Source: a virus | Lineage: Duplodnaviria > Caudoviricetes | DNA: 64,000 bases | IMG/VR virus record: IMGVR_UViG_2706796498_000001 | Span: 1-64,000 of that record | Direction: 5' to 3' (one strand) | Shown: positions 1 to 9,889 of the stretch, piece after piece | Layout: each line of letters begins with the position of its first letter | How positions within the stretch are numbered: position 1 is the stretch's first letter | Position numbers and translations under genes: made by a program | The notes under the pieces: generated by a model | What the model was told of the DNA's origin: nothing | Databases searched by the model: none | The model's input: the letters and a program-made list of their open reading frames with translations, nothing else

Positions 1-97
1 ACCCCCTTCGCTTTAACTTGTCAAGTATACCAGCTTAGGTTACTAGAAAATATTTACTATAACTATAAAGGTTGATCCTAATAAATTTAAAAAGGTG

Positions 98-126
98 TTG
101 ACATTGCTTTCCTATAGGTGTATTAT
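98..126 (+). promoter_or_regulatory. sigma-A type early promoter
   Basis: TTGACA (98-103), 17-bp spacer, TATTAT (121-126). Confidence 0.8.
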
Positions 127-190
127 AAAGACAATCAAGAAACAAGGAAAAGAGGGGAAGCAAACAAGATAAAAATAATTAATAAAACTA

Positions 191-219
191 TTGACAAGTT
201 AAAACAAGTAAGGTATACT
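191..219 (+). promoter_or_regulatory. second tandem sigma-A type early promoter
   Basis: TTGACA (191-196), 17-bp spacer, TATACT (214-219). Confidence 0.8.
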
Positions 220-249
220 AAAGACAATCAAAGGAAAGGAATATTAAAC

Positions 250-678
250 ATGAAAAACTACAATGAAATGACTAGCAAGGAAAAGGCGCAATTAATCTTG
301 GAAAATACACCAAGTGAACAATTACAACAGTTAGCTATTGACCTATCCCAGGCCTATGGCGATTATGGAATTCAAACCACTGATGATTGGTTTGATACTA
401 TAGTCGAAGAATTCAATAGTGGTGTAGTGGAAACTGATATTGTAGAAATTATCAGAATTGCACAACAATCCAAGGATCTTGACATTTGCGATACTTTTAT
501 TCGTGGTAGTATCTACTACTATGATTATAAGACAAGCGACAATGCACTAGACTTGGTTAATGATGAGGAACTATCAGAATGGATCGAAAACGCTATTGAA
601 GATGATAACCCTATTATTGAGGACGCTAACAACGAACTTGAAATTGAAGCTATGCAAGAAGGACTTAAAAACGATTAA
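250..678 (+). CDS. acidic hypothetical early protein
   Basis: ATG at 250 follows AAGGAAAGGA; the track's upstream extension overlaps the promoters; very D/E-rich. Confidence 0.75.
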   Translation: MKNYNEMTSKEKAQLILENTPSEQLQQLAIDLSQAYGDYGIQTTDDWFDTIVEEFNSGVVETDIVEIIRIAQQSKDLDICDTFIRGSIYYYDYKTSDNALDLVNDEELSEWIENAIEDDNPIIEDANNELEIEAMQEGLKND

Positions 679-686
679 GAATGAAC

Positions 687-717
687 GGCCGCCTGAAAAC
701 GAGCGGTCTTTTTTTTT
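687..717 (+). terminator. intrinsic terminator
   Basis: GGCCGC...GCGGTC stem plus T9. Confidence 0.75.
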
Positions 718-1030
718 ATCGCATATCACTTGACTTTTGCAGCAGGATATGGTATACACCCCTCCCCCCCGTTTGTCAAGTACCAATCCAGTACCTGACC
801 CCCTATCTGCTCTACCCTAGGTCACTTTAAAATATTTTCTAAAATTATAGGAATTTTATGAGACTGTTTAATTTGTCAATTGTATAAGAAAAGTGGCCCA
901 TTAAAGACCACTTCGTTTACACCCACCCCCCAGTCATTTATATAAGACTATTATCTGACAGGGATAAGAAAGCAATATTCCAAAAATATTTCCCCAAAAT
1001 TTTTAAGCCGGAAGAGGGCGTTTAACATAG

Positions 1031-2032
1031 TTAAAGTCCAAACCAGCCTCGCCAACTTGGAAATGAATCTAACCAAAGGGGACATTCATTATGTGGTTGT
1101 TGTTTATGTGATTGTAGTTGCTGTTGGGTCTTAACTGCTTGTTCCGCAAAGTTAACATACAATCCATACATCTTACCCGATAACTTTGAATCCCGATAGG
1201 CTTTCTTAATTAACTCGTCTCCTGTTCCATTAAAGCAACCAACGTGCCAACGCTGATTAGATAGGACGTAAACGAACTGCCGTCCTGACGACCAAGTGTT
1301 ATTAAAGATTAGATAAGAATACTTGTCCTTAATATCATCATCTTCTCGAATGTTAATTCGTCCTTGCAAGATACTATCACCGTAGACTTTAGCATTCTCA
1401 TATACATTAACGTTACCACAAACGTGAGCAAAGCCACATACTATGGCGTTACCATGAACCTTAGCTTTGCCATAAATTCTAGCGTTTCCATAAACGTGAG
1501 CATTACCAGAAATAGCCGCATAACCACAAACCCTCGTATCATCATAAACCCACGCCTTACCGTAAACGACTGCATGATCATAAATCTCGGCATGACCACG
1601 TACTATCGCATTATCATAGACACAAGCATTACCATAAATCTGTGCCTTATCTAAAACCTTGGCGTTGCCTACAACATAAGCATTATTATAAACCCAAGCA
1701 TTACCACCAACTTGGGCATTATCTAATACTCTAGCATGATCATAGATACAAGCCTCACCATAAACTTTAGCATTATCTAAAACCTTAGTATGATTATAGA
1801 CCCATGCGTTACCGCGGATCTGGGCCTGACCATAAACTACAGCATTCTTATAAACTTTAGCATTGTCATAGACCCAAGCGGTATCTGATTGGGAGAGGTT
1901 AGAGTAATCTTCAACCCACCCGCCTAGATCTCCCTTCCTCACATCATCAAACGACTTTAAAGCCTTGATTCGGTGAAGGGTATGGCCATCTACTTCCTTA
2001 GTATGATGGGTTAGTTTATATTTCTTATTCAT
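1031..2032 (-). CDS. hexapeptide-repeat (left-handed beta-helix) phage protein
   Basis: ~30 repeats of [V/I]Y[GD]NA[KWC]; N-terminal RIKALKSFDDVRKGDLGGWVE and C-terminal VGCFNGT motifs typical of this phage family. Confidence 0.8.
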   Translation of the reverse strand: MNKKYKLTHHTKEVDGHTLHRIKALKSFDDVRKGDLGGWVEDYSNLSQSDTAWVYDNAKVYKNAVVYGQAQIRGNAWVYNHTKVLDNAKVYGEACIYDHARVLDNAQVGGNAWVYNNAYVVGNAKVLDKAQIYGNACVYDNAIVRGHAEIYDHAVVYGKAWVYDDTRVCGYAAISGNAHVYGNARIYGKAKVHGNAIVCGFAHVCGNVNVYENAKVYGDSILQGRINIREDDDIKDKYSYLIFNNTWSSGRQFVYVLSNQRWHVGCFNGTGDELIKKAYRDSKLSGKMYGLYVNFAEQAVKTQQQLQSHKQQPHNECPLWLDSFPSWRGWFGL

Positions 2033-2039
2033 AATAATC

Positions 2040-2135
2040 TCCTTTTCTTTAATTCCTTTAACAACTATATAATAACACAGGCAGGGATAATGTCAATAGT
2101 TTTTATAAAAATAACTAAAATAAAAAGACCTAGTA
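2040..2135 (-). repeat. terminator/early-promoter/leader cassette, copy 1
   Basis: minus-strand TTGACA..TATTAT plus purine-rich leader; similar to 2395-2495, 12645-12748, 21393-21496, 26066-26205 and 26790-26930. Confidence 0.75.
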
Positions 2136-2163
2136 ATTACTAGACCTTCTCATTATGATTCCA

Positions 2164-2382
2164 TTACTTATATAGTTCCCTACGTGAACCCATTAAATCT
2201 TCATTACTTCTAGATTGTTCCGGATTAGATTGTGCCTGATCTGTTGCTTTCTTAACCAAGTCAGGGTTCTGTTCAAGTAGATCAACTAGATATGATAAGT
2301 CATCACGGATCGTTCTTACATCTTTTTGAATGTAATAAACATCTACTACACCAAATGCAAACAGAAAACCTAATAACCACAT
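2164..2382 (-). CDS. small membrane-anchored hypothetical protein
   Basis: N-terminal hydrophobic helix, AGGAGG RBS, own promoter and terminator. Confidence 0.75.
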   Translation of the reverse strand: MWLLGFLFAFGVVDVYYIQKDVRTIRDDLSYLVDLLEQNPDLVKKATDQAQSNPEQSRSNEDLMGSRRELYK

Positions 2383-2514
2383 AATTATATTCCTCCTTTT
2401 CTTTTGTCTTATCCTTTCGACAACTATATAATAACACAGCTAGAGATATTGTCAATAGTTTTTGTTGAAATAACTAAAATAAAAAGACCTAGTATTAACT
2501 GGGCCTTCTATTTA

Positions 2515-2763
2515 TTAATCAATTAGTTCTGCATACTTGACTACTGAACCATCTTGATCCTTATATTGAGCTAACTGAATCTTATGACCAGGATAAACTG
2601 TTATGATTTCACCATCGGGTTGCCAGCAGTATAAGACAGGATCTTCATAAGCATACTCCCATGGATCAGGAGGTTCTTCCCCCTCAATAACAGAATCATT
2701 CTTAATTAGTTCAAATAACCAATCAGGATAGCGTTCATCGTCAAAAATATATGGTTTTGCCAT
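2515..2763 (-). CDS. hypothetical protein
   Basis: 82-aa ORF with GGAGTG RBS, followed by a terminator. Confidence 0.7.
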   Translation of the reverse strand: MAKPYIFDDERYPDWLFELIKNDSVIEGEEPPDPWEYAYEDPVLYCWQPDGEIITVYPGHKIQLAQYKDQDGSVVKYAELID

Positions 2764-2779
2764 TGGCTATTCACTCCCT

Positions 2780-3952
2780 TCATTTGTCCTTTAGCCAATC
2801 CATCACTTCTTTATTCTCGTCAAAAAGTCGGTGGAGTGTATCTGTATCTACCGAAGTGTTTTCATCAGCTAACCCATGTTTCAGTAAATACTTCTTAATC
2901 TTATATAAAGTATCTTCCGTATATGGTACAGCAATTAAGTTATAACCATGAGACTTAGCATAGTCTAGCTTCATTTGATCATGCTTTTGTTGAATAGTAA
3001 ACTGATCATCACCACCAAAATGATCAATTGGTTGGTAATGCTGAATCCCTTGATATTCAATTAAGATAGATTGGCTAGGAATATAGAAATCATAAGAAAG
3101 GTAAGACTTATATTTCAGGTCTGGGAAAGTCTTTTGATACTCATAATCAATATTAAGGGTATCTAATAGCTTAGTAATAACAGTTTCCCCTTTAGGGCTG
3201 TTACAATAAGGACAGCGATTGCCACTAAGAAAGTAAATTGGTCTAACTTCGTAAATGTTACCACACTTGTTATGCTTAACTTTTAATTTAGTAAAACTGT
3301 CTACGTATGGTTCAAGGAAAGTATAATCATCACCTACTATGTCATAGACTTCTTGTCTAAACTGAACATTGGTTTTCTTGGGGGTTCCATAACAATGAGG
3401 ACAGCGAGTACCTCTAAGAAAGTTAATAGGAGTTACCTTATATTCAGTACCACATTTATTATGCTTTACCCTTATTTTAGTACCAGCATTAACATATTTA
3501 TCTAGGAATGTATATTCATCACCCACTAAGGCGTAGACTTCCTGGCGAAACTGTTTGTCTGTTTTTTTAATAATCCCTGCACAGTACGGACAACGGGTGC
3601 CCCTAAGAAAATTGGTAGGTCGTACCCCATAGATATTTCCACATTTATTATGCTTTACCCTTATTTTAGTATTATCATTAACGTATTTATCTAGGAAAGT
3701 ATACTCATCGCCCACCAAAGCGTAGACTTCTTGTTTAAACTGGGCGTTAGTTTTCTTAGCCTTAACAGAACAATAAGGGCAACGACTACCTCTAATAAAG
3801 GCACCAGGTCTAACCTTATAGATATGACCACATTTGTTATGTTTAACTTTAATTTTTGTACGTTTATTAATATAAGTATCTAAGAATATATATTCATCTC
3901 TCACAAGATCGTAAACTTCCTGTTGAAACTGATCGTTTGTTTTTCTTCTCAA
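2780..3952 (-). CDS. free-standing homing-endonuclease-like protein: four Zn-ribbon repeats plus Vsr/DUF559-like nuclease
   Basis: four ~62-aa repeats (KKTNxQF..EVY.LVGDEYTFL..HNKCG..RCPYC), then SPKGE..YDFYIP..LIEYQGIQHY..D.MK nuclease motif. Confidence 0.8.
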   Translation of the reverse strand: MRRKTNDQFQQEVYDLVRDEYIFLDTYINKRTKIKVKHNKCGHIYKVRPGAFIRGSRCPYCSVKAKKTNAQFKQEVYALVGDEYTFLDKYVNDNTKIRVKHNKCGNIYGVRPTNFLRGTRCPYCAGIIKKTDKQFRQEVYALVGDEYTFLDKYVNAGTKIRVKHNKCGTEYKVTPINFLRGTRCPHCYGTPKKTNVQFRQEVYDIVGDDYTFLEPYVDSFTKLKVKHNKCGNIYEVRPIYFLSGNRCPYCNSPKGETVITKLLDTLNIDYEYQKTFPDLKYKSYLSYDFYIPSQSILIEYQGIQHYQPIDHFGGDDQFTIQQKHDQMKLDYAKSHGYNLIAVPYTEDTLYKIKKYLLKHGLADENTSVDTDTLHRLFDENKEVMDWLKDK

Positions 3953-4063
3953 GATATTTCACCTTACTAATTTATATATTTTTATTATAAACCTATGACA
4001 ATAATAAATCAATAAGTTTCTACAAAATAAAAAGCCCGTCATATAGACAAGCTTAAATACTGT

Positions 4064-4804
4064 TTACTTCATTTCAGATAAACCGGCTTGACGCCGACCA
4101 CGGTTAAACCAAGGAGAAACTGTGAAAGCCAGAATGTCATTAATAACATAGATTAAGCTATTAACTGCCATCGCCAAGGTTGCGTCACCTTGTGCAAATG
4201 TAACAGCCCATAGAATTAATTGGAAGATACCAGAAGCTAACCACCAGTAGTATTGGTTATTGTAACGCATAAAGCACATAATTCCGGCAGTCAAACTAAT
4301 TGCAAAACTAATAGCGTCAATCCATGGACGTGGGTCATTAGTAAACCGACCAATTAGATAACCACTTACTACATATACAATCAATGTACCAATAATAGCG
4401 ACTAACCATTGTTTTGAACCGAAACGGCGCAAGTGATTCTTGGTATCGTCATTCCAACTACGAACTGCAAAGATAACAGGCAAGTCCAATGTCACGACAT
4501 AGGCAATTTGTTCAAAAATTGACAGATAGTTCTTCGCTGACCACCCGGCATAGATAAAACAAGTGGCTGAAATTAACCCTAACCAACCATTAATTGCTTT
4601 AGTAGCATTAATTGCCAATACACATAGGGTACCCAACAAGGTACCAATAAACGTAATCAATGTTACTGAATTAATTGGGCTACCAATCAATAATGCTAGT
4701 TGAAATCCAAAAGCGAAGAAAAACAACATATAATTCTGCATAGGCCAACCTTTCAGTTGATTGAACAACCAAATGAAATAGTTTTGCTTTGTAGCTTTAT
4801 CCAA
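4064..4804 (-). CDS. pnuC: nicotinamide riboside transporter, PnuC family
   Basis: multi-TM protein with GTLLG.LCV, INGWLGLISA, DPRPWIDA and QYYWW motifs; likely TTG start at 4804 after AAAGGTGGT. Confidence 0.85.
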   Translation of the reverse strand: MDKATKQNYFIWLFNQLKGWPMQNYMLFFFAFGFQLALLIGSPINSVTLITFIGTLLGTLCVLAINATKAINGWLGLISATCFIYAGWSAKNYLSIFEQIAYVVTLDLPVIFAVRSWNDDTKNHLRRFGSKQWLVAIIGTLIVYVVSGYLIGRFTNDPRPWIDAISFAISLTAGIMCFMRYNNQYYWWLASGIFQLILWAVTFAQGDATLAMAVNSLIYVINDILAFTVSPWFNRGRRQAGLSEMK

Positions 4805-4909
4805 AATAAAATACCACCTTTTTATTATTAGGTTCACTATATCTATATAGTGCCTTATCCACAATCTATAATTGCTTCTGTATTATACTGACATGACATT
4901 ACAACAAAG

Positions 4910-5059
4910 TCAATATCCCAACTTACTTGCGTATGAAATTAGATCACTTGTCTTTGCGTTTTGCAACTTGACTTCCTTACCACTAGTAAGCACGATGGTC
5001 TTTATATGCTTAGCCTTTAGAAAAGCCTTAACATCTGCTTTGATTCCAGCACTACTCAT
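4910..5059 (-). CDS. small basic hypothetical protein (49 aa, not in the track)
   Basis: MSSAGIKADVKAFLKAKHIK...KLGY, preceded by GGAAAGGGG RBS. Confidence 0.65.
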   Translation of the reverse strand: MSSAGIKADVKAFLKAKHIKTIVLTSGKEVKLQNAKTSDLISYASKLGY

Positions 5060-5136
5060 GTTTTTGTCCCCCTTTCCTTTTCTATATTCTTTATACTACC
5101 ATCTCAAATATGTTATTGCAACCCCTAATTCACTAT

Positions 5137-5144
5137 TATATTAA
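5137..5144 (+). promoter_or_regulatory. late-promoter-like motif TATATTAA
   Basis: same motif recurs directly upstream of most structural blocks (9287-, 24704-, 44820+, 51203-, 52995+, 56619+, 61200+). Confidence 0.65.
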
Positions 5145-5178
5145 GCAAGAAGATAAATGTAATTAAGGTGGTGGAACT

Positions 5179-8100
5179 ATGGTTGAAGAAAACATTAACT
5201 TAGATGTTAGCAATCAGGCGGCAAAGGACGCTATTCAAGACGTCACTAAAGATATTGATGAACTAGAAAAACGCATCGAACGTATCTCTAACGCCCGAGT
5301 AAACAATAACAACACACTAAGTAATAAACAGGTTGCCACTGCCCAAGGTGGACTTAGTGACCTCTATTCAGACAAGACCAAACTCCAACAAATGTTAGCG
5401 AGTGTCCAAAAAAATGGGGACACAGAAGTTGAAAGCGACTTAATTAGTAAGTTAACCGAATTAACCAATGCTATTAATAAAATTAGCGATAGTGATAATT
5501 ATAAAAGTATCATTAGTAATCATTCTACTACTACAACCAGTAGCTCGGCTTTTCGTACTTTTTACGGAGATCAAACTGATAACGTTAATAAAGCTAACGC
5601 AGATTACAATAAACTTCGCTCTGATGTTAACAACTTAATTAATAGCAACCGGAAAACTTATAATAACTTTGAGGTTGGTAAGCGTTCTGGGTATATTTCA
5701 CATAACCGTTATCAAGAATATAAACAAAGCGCAAACTATAACCAGGAACGTTTTTCTAACTATAGTGGTATTTTAAAAAAACAACAATCAAAGGTATCTG
5801 ATCAATTATCTGATGCTATAACTAAATATACTACAGCCAAAGCGGAAGCTAGTGTTCCTGGAGCCAGTCGAGAAAAGATTAATGCCGCTAGAGAAGCTGA
5901 TGAATATGTTAAGCAACTCGAAAAAGTTAGTCAAAAGTTAAATCAGCTTAGCAATACCCTTACACAAAATAAAGATTCAATTGACCAAACTAATAAAGCG
6001 GTTAATAAACCAGATAATAGCTACGTCATTGGGCCTAAAAAGGGTAGCCTAGCTGATCAATCTCGTTACCTTGCTCGTTCTGGTCTTACTGCGGCGATGA
6101 GTTCGTCTGGTTCCTTAGTTAGCCAAGGGAGTAACGCCCGTCTAACTGCCTTTGACAACATTAAAGGGGTCGCCTATGGTATTGGCGGTTATCATGCTGA
6201 TAACCACGTTATGGACACGATCTCTAATTCAGGGTATAAATATGGTTATTCTGGTGCGGAGATGTCTGGATTCGTTAGCGATTATTCAGGTAGCACGGGA
6301 AATACAGGTAACTACAATAAGGCGGCTACCTCATGGGCACGTCAAGCCCGTATAACCGGTTCTGACAGTGAAACTACCCAATCCCTTGAACAATCGGCTG
6401 GGAACGCCAGTGGGCTTTCTGGTAGCCAAATGTCTAGGTTAGGTAATCAGATCACTAATGAGATTACCTCTAGTGGTATGACGGCCAAGTCTAGTCAACA
6501 ACAGCAAGGTTTAACCGAACTATATAACAATGCTACCCAATATGGGGCTAGTTATAAAGATTTACAACAGATTGCCGGCTTGCAGGGTTCACTTTCCTCC
6601 TTGGGAAGTCAATTCCAAGGTACCACTGGTGCTAACAATATTATTCAGGCCACTCAAACCCTTTCAAATTATAATAGTTTACAAGCCCGTACTCTGTTTG
6701 CTAGAGGAACTGGAACTAAATATTCTGGTTTAAAGGGTCAAGCTCAATTAATGCAAGATATGCAGGACATGAACAAGAATCCTGCGTCCATGAGCCGGGT
6801 CTTAAACAATGCTAAGGACTTTGCTCATGGTGATAGTCAATACGCCGCCTACAATTTAAGTAATATGAACCCCAATGTATCAATGGATACATGGGAGAAG
6901 CTAATAAATGCCAATTCTAAGGGTAAATTAGACAAATCGACCCTTAATAAGTACCTAAATGACGGCTCACAAGCCAAAAAGAACGATAAATCCTATTCAG
7001 AATCAGGTACTTCATCGATTCAAAAGTCAAATTCGGCCCTTGCTAACTCGGCTACTAAGGCTAGTGAAAGCCTAGATTCCTTCCGAAGCGCTTTAGCCAA
7101 AATTTATAAGACCGTTGGGGGTAGTTTTGGCGGTTTTGGTGGGGTTGGTATGAGTGTCGCCTCTGCCGTGGGAGGAAGCCTTGTTCAAGGGGTTGGTTCT
7201 GGTCTAGTTTCAGGCTTTGTCCTTAGACACGGAGGGTTCCGTGGGGCGACTAAGGCCCTGTTCACCAAGGAAACATGGGCTAATGGTGGTCGATCTCTTA
7301 AAAATGGTGGACGATCCATTGTTAACGCCGCTCGAAACATTCGTAAGGGTGGTAAGTTTACTGGTCTACTCCGCAAAGGGACTAGTCTAGCTAAATCCAC
7401 TGGGTCTACCCTTCTAAGATCGGGTGAACGTACTGGTTTACTAAGGAGCGCAGGTGGCCTAGTAAGGAAAGCTGGGATTGCTAACCTTGCCTTCGGGGCT
7501 TATGACACTATTAATACTCTTACGCACACCAAAAAAGGATCTAAAGCCCAATTTGAAGGACTTGGAAAAGCGGCGGGTACCACTGCTGGGAGTGCTGGGG
7601 GCGCCGTTCTTGGTAGTTTACTAGACCCATTCATAGGTCCAGCAGGGACAATTGGTGGAAGCATTATTGGTGGCTGGGCCGGTGGTAAAATTGGTGGTCT
7701 TATTGGTGATGGTGCTCACTGGGTTAAAGACAAATTCAGTGGAAACCACAAGAAATCCACCAGTAAAAAGTCCAAACTTCATGATAAAGACGACTGGAAG
7801 ATCCTTCGCTCCTACAACAAGATGTTAGACAAGGCCAAGACCCTTGTTGAAACCGCTAAAAGTATTTCTCTTAATGGTGATAACGCTAAGGCTTCTGATG
7901 ATTCAGAAAAAGCTAGTGGTAAAGGGGTTGAAGCCGCTAAATCCGTTGCTAAGAAGGTTGGTAAAGAATTAGGGGTCGATCCTAGCCTTGTCTTTGCCCA
8001 AATTATGCACGAAACGGGTGGTATGACCTCTAAATTAGCCAATGATGGGTCTAATAACCTGTCTGGTATCAAATATGTAGGACAATCTGGAGCTACTAGG

Positions 8101-8691
8101 GGTTCTGCTTCTCCCGAGGGCGATTACTATGCTAAGTTTAACAGTTTAGATGACTATGCTAAGAATTTTGCTAGTATTCTAAAGAATGATGGCATTGATT
8201 CAAGCATTAAGTCAGTTGACCAGTATGCAACCGCCCTTAAAAATCATAGCTACTTTACTGCTGGGCTAGGTGCATACGAGGCCGGTATGAACTCGTTCAA
8301 AGGACAATACGCTAATGGTGGGATTCGTTCCTTTGCCAGTGGTAATGGGTTCATTAGTAGCCAACCAACCTTAGTTAATAACTCTGATCTCTTTGGCGAA
8401 GCTGGTACAGAAGCGTTTATTCCGTTAAATACAAGTCACGCCGGTGCGGGTCTAACAGCACTAAACGATTTAGCGGGGGTCTTTGGACGTAAGTTGGTTA
8501 GCCCAAGCGAAGTTGGGGGCAACCAAAACACAACCATTAACCCTACCTACAACATCAATCTTACTATCCAAGGAGGGACGGACGATCCAGACAATTTAGC
8601 TCAAACCGTAGCAAACAAGGTTAAGGAAATGCTTAATCAGTTTGAACAACAACAAACTAGACAAAGCCAATTAAATTACTTTGCTCATTAA
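5179..8691 (+). CDS. tape-measure-like tail protein with C-terminal glucosaminidase (GH73-like) domain
   Basis: 1170 aa; coiled-coil N-terminus, Gly/Ala-rich middle, AQIMHETG..NNLSGIK..Y.KFNSLDD..YFTA lysin motif. Confidence 0.8.
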   Translation: MVEENINLDVSNQAAKDAIQDVTKDIDELEKRIERISNARVNNNNTLSNKQVATAQGGLSDLYSDKTKLQQMLASVQKNGDTEVESDLISKLTELTNAINKISDSDNYKSIISNHSTTTTSSSAFRTFYGDQTDNVNKANADYNKLRSDVNNLINSNRKTYNNFEVGKRSGYISHNRYQEYKQSANYNQERFSNYSGILKKQQSKVSDQLSDAITKYTTAKAEASVPGASREKINAAREADEYVKQLEKVSQKLNQLSNTLTQNKDSIDQTNKAVNKPDNSYVIGPKKGSLADQSRYLARSGLTAAMSSSGSLVSQGSNARLTAFDNIKGVAYGIGGYHADNHVMDTISNSGYKYGYSGAEMSGFVSDYSGSTGNTGNYNKAATSWARQARITGSDSETTQSLEQSAGNASGLSGSQMSRLGNQITNEITSSGMTAKSSQQQQGLTELYNNATQYGASYKDLQQIAGLQGSLSSLGSQFQGTTGANNIIQATQTLSNYNSLQARTLFARGTGTKYSGLKGQAQLMQDMQDMNKNPASMSRVLNNAKDFAHGDSQYAAYNLSNMNPNVSMDTWEKLINANSKGKLDKSTLNKYLNDGSQAKKNDKSYSESGTSSIQKSNSALANSATKASESLDSFRSALAKIYKTVGGSFGGFGGVGMSVASAVGGSLVQGVGSGLVSGFVLRHGGFRGATKALFTKETWANGGRSLKNGGRSIVNAARNIRKGGKFTGLLRKGTSLAKSTGSTLLRSGERTGLLRSAGGLVRKAGIANLAFGAYDTINTLTHTKKGSKAQFEGLGKAAGTTAGSAGGAVLGSLLDPFIGPAGTIGGSIIGGWAGGKIGGLIGDGAHWVKDKFSGNHKKSTSKKSKLHDKDDWKILRSYNKMLDKAKTLVETAKSISLNGDNAKASDDSEKASGKGVEAAKSVAKKVGKELGVDPSLVFAQIMHETGGMTSKLANDGSNNLSGIKYVGQSGATRGSASPEGDYYAKFNSLDDYAKNFASILKNDGIDSSIKSVDQYATALKNHSYFTAGLGAYEAGMNSFKGQYANGGIRSFASGNGFISSQPTLVNNSDLFGEAGTEAFIPLNTSHAGAGLTALNDLAGVFGRKLVSPSEVGGNQNTTINPTYNINLTIQGGTDDPDNLAQTVANKVKEMLNQFEQQQTRQSQLNYFAH

Positions 8692-8695
8692 AAAT

Positions 8696-8762
8696 GACCA
8701 CCCCTAAACCGGGTGGCCTTTTTGTATATAAAAAAAGAGATAGCTATTACACTATCTCTTTA
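8696..8762. terminator. back-to-back terminators between convergent genes
   Basis: GACCACCC/GGGTGGCC+T5 on plus; AAAGAGATAG/CTATCTCTTT stem with an A-tract for minus. Confidence 0.7.
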
Positions 8763-8802
8763 TATAAAACAGTTACCACCTATTTGTAAAATAGATACCC
8801 TA

Positions 8803-9240
8803 TTAACTTACAGAAGTTGTTCCACTGCTAAGGTACAAAAATTCTATTGACTCAGTCACGATTTGATTACTACGGTACGCAGTGGAGTAACTGGAAGCCG
8901 AACAACCATAGAATGACTCAACTAGGTTCTTAGTTACACTGTCCATAACGTTAATGGTGATAATATCCTTGTTGAGGATATCCTCACCTAGGGCGGCAAT
9001 CGCACCCATTTGGGCACTTGCCAAGTTACTTGAAACCATGCGGAACCGCTCAAGCGTAACACTACCCGTATATTTGAGGTAAACGTGTTCTTGTGGCATG
9101 ATGGAACCGATTTCATACACACCCTCTGTACCAAATGAGCGTTGCGCACTTAGAGATTGTGCCCTTGCCACAAGGTGGTTCTGGGCCATAATGTAAATAC
9201 GGTTTGCGCTGTTCACAGTTTGATTATTTACCGTCGCCAA
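8803..9240 (-). CDS. tail tube protein
   Basis: 145 aa with RSFGTEGVYEIGSIMPQEHVYLKYTG, typical of Twort/SPO1-like tube proteins. Confidence 0.9.
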   Translation of the reverse strand: MATVNNQTVNSANRIYIMAQNHLVARAQSLSAQRSFGTEGVYEIGSIMPQEHVYLKYTGSVTLERFRMVSSNLASAQMGAIAALGEDILNKDIITINVMDSVTKNLVESFYGCSASSYSTAYRSNQIVTESIEFLYLSSGTTSVS

Positions 9241-9336
9241 TATTAAAACCTCCTAAAAAGTTTAGCTAAACTATGTTTTTCTAGACTTAATATAGGAGGT
9301 TAGCAAGCTACTTACCCCTCACTAACTATCATCGCC

Positions 9337-9591
9337 TTAACCATTTTTTATATATACAACAATTGGCAAGGCTTTAGTACAAGACAAAATTAAACCATCT
9401 TTGTACAGTTTCCACCAACTTTCTTTTGGGAAACCTAATTTATTGGCGTTGGCACTAACAAAAGCCAGAAACGGTGAAAGTACAATTACCACTAAACTAT
9501 CAATGGCTAAAATAACAAATGGTAATGCAATAAGTACATAAGCTAATGATAAGTTACCCCACCATGCAATCTTTTTTAAAATTTTATTCAT
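9337..9591 (-). CDS. membrane protein, paralog of 11059..11313
   Basis: hydrophobic; shares LSP..AFVSAN..KL..P.ESWWKLYK.GLI.SCT..LPIVV. Confidence 0.75.
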   Translation of the reverse strand: MNKILKKIAWWGNLSLAYVLIALPFVILAIDSLVVIVLSPFLAFVSANANKLGFPKESWWKLYKDGLILSCTKALPIVVYIKNG

Positions 9592-9593
9592 TT

Positions 9594-9884
9594 TTAATGT
9601 TCCCCCTTAAACAAGTAGGGAAAGTATTCCACACATAGATTAATAACCTTACTATACAAAGCTACATCATCTTTATCTAACAAGCTGGAGCTTATCTCAA
9701 CTATAGGTGTACCTTGAAGATATGTGAAGGTGACAAGGGGAACTAGATTGTCGTTATCTTTTCTATACCAAATAATCATATCTACTTTGCTATGGTCATA
9801 ACCATACAAGTTATGGTACTTGTCTACGGTTAGGTGTGGGTTAAGCTGTTCTACTTTTTTAATAAATTCATCTGTCTTAGTCAT
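9594..9884 (-). CDS. hypothetical protein (family with 10571 and 20492)
   Basis: in operon; shared DEF.KK...GxP...LC.Y pattern. Confidence 0.7.
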   Translation of the reverse strand: MTKTDEFIKKVEQLNPHLTVDKYHNLYGYDHSKVDMIIWYRKDNDNLVPLVTFTYLQGTPIVEISSSLLDKDDVALYSKVINLCVEYFPYLFKGEH

Positions 9885-9889
9885 TATCT

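Noticed and set aside
118-249. N-terminal extension of the first ORF in the track
   Set aside because: It overlaps two consensus promoters; the RBS supports ATG 250. The same applies to the extensions at 12638-12697 and 21387-21461.
4872-5144. 90-aa plus-strand ORF
   Set aside because: No RBS; it is the shadow of a better minus-strand ORF at 4910..5059.
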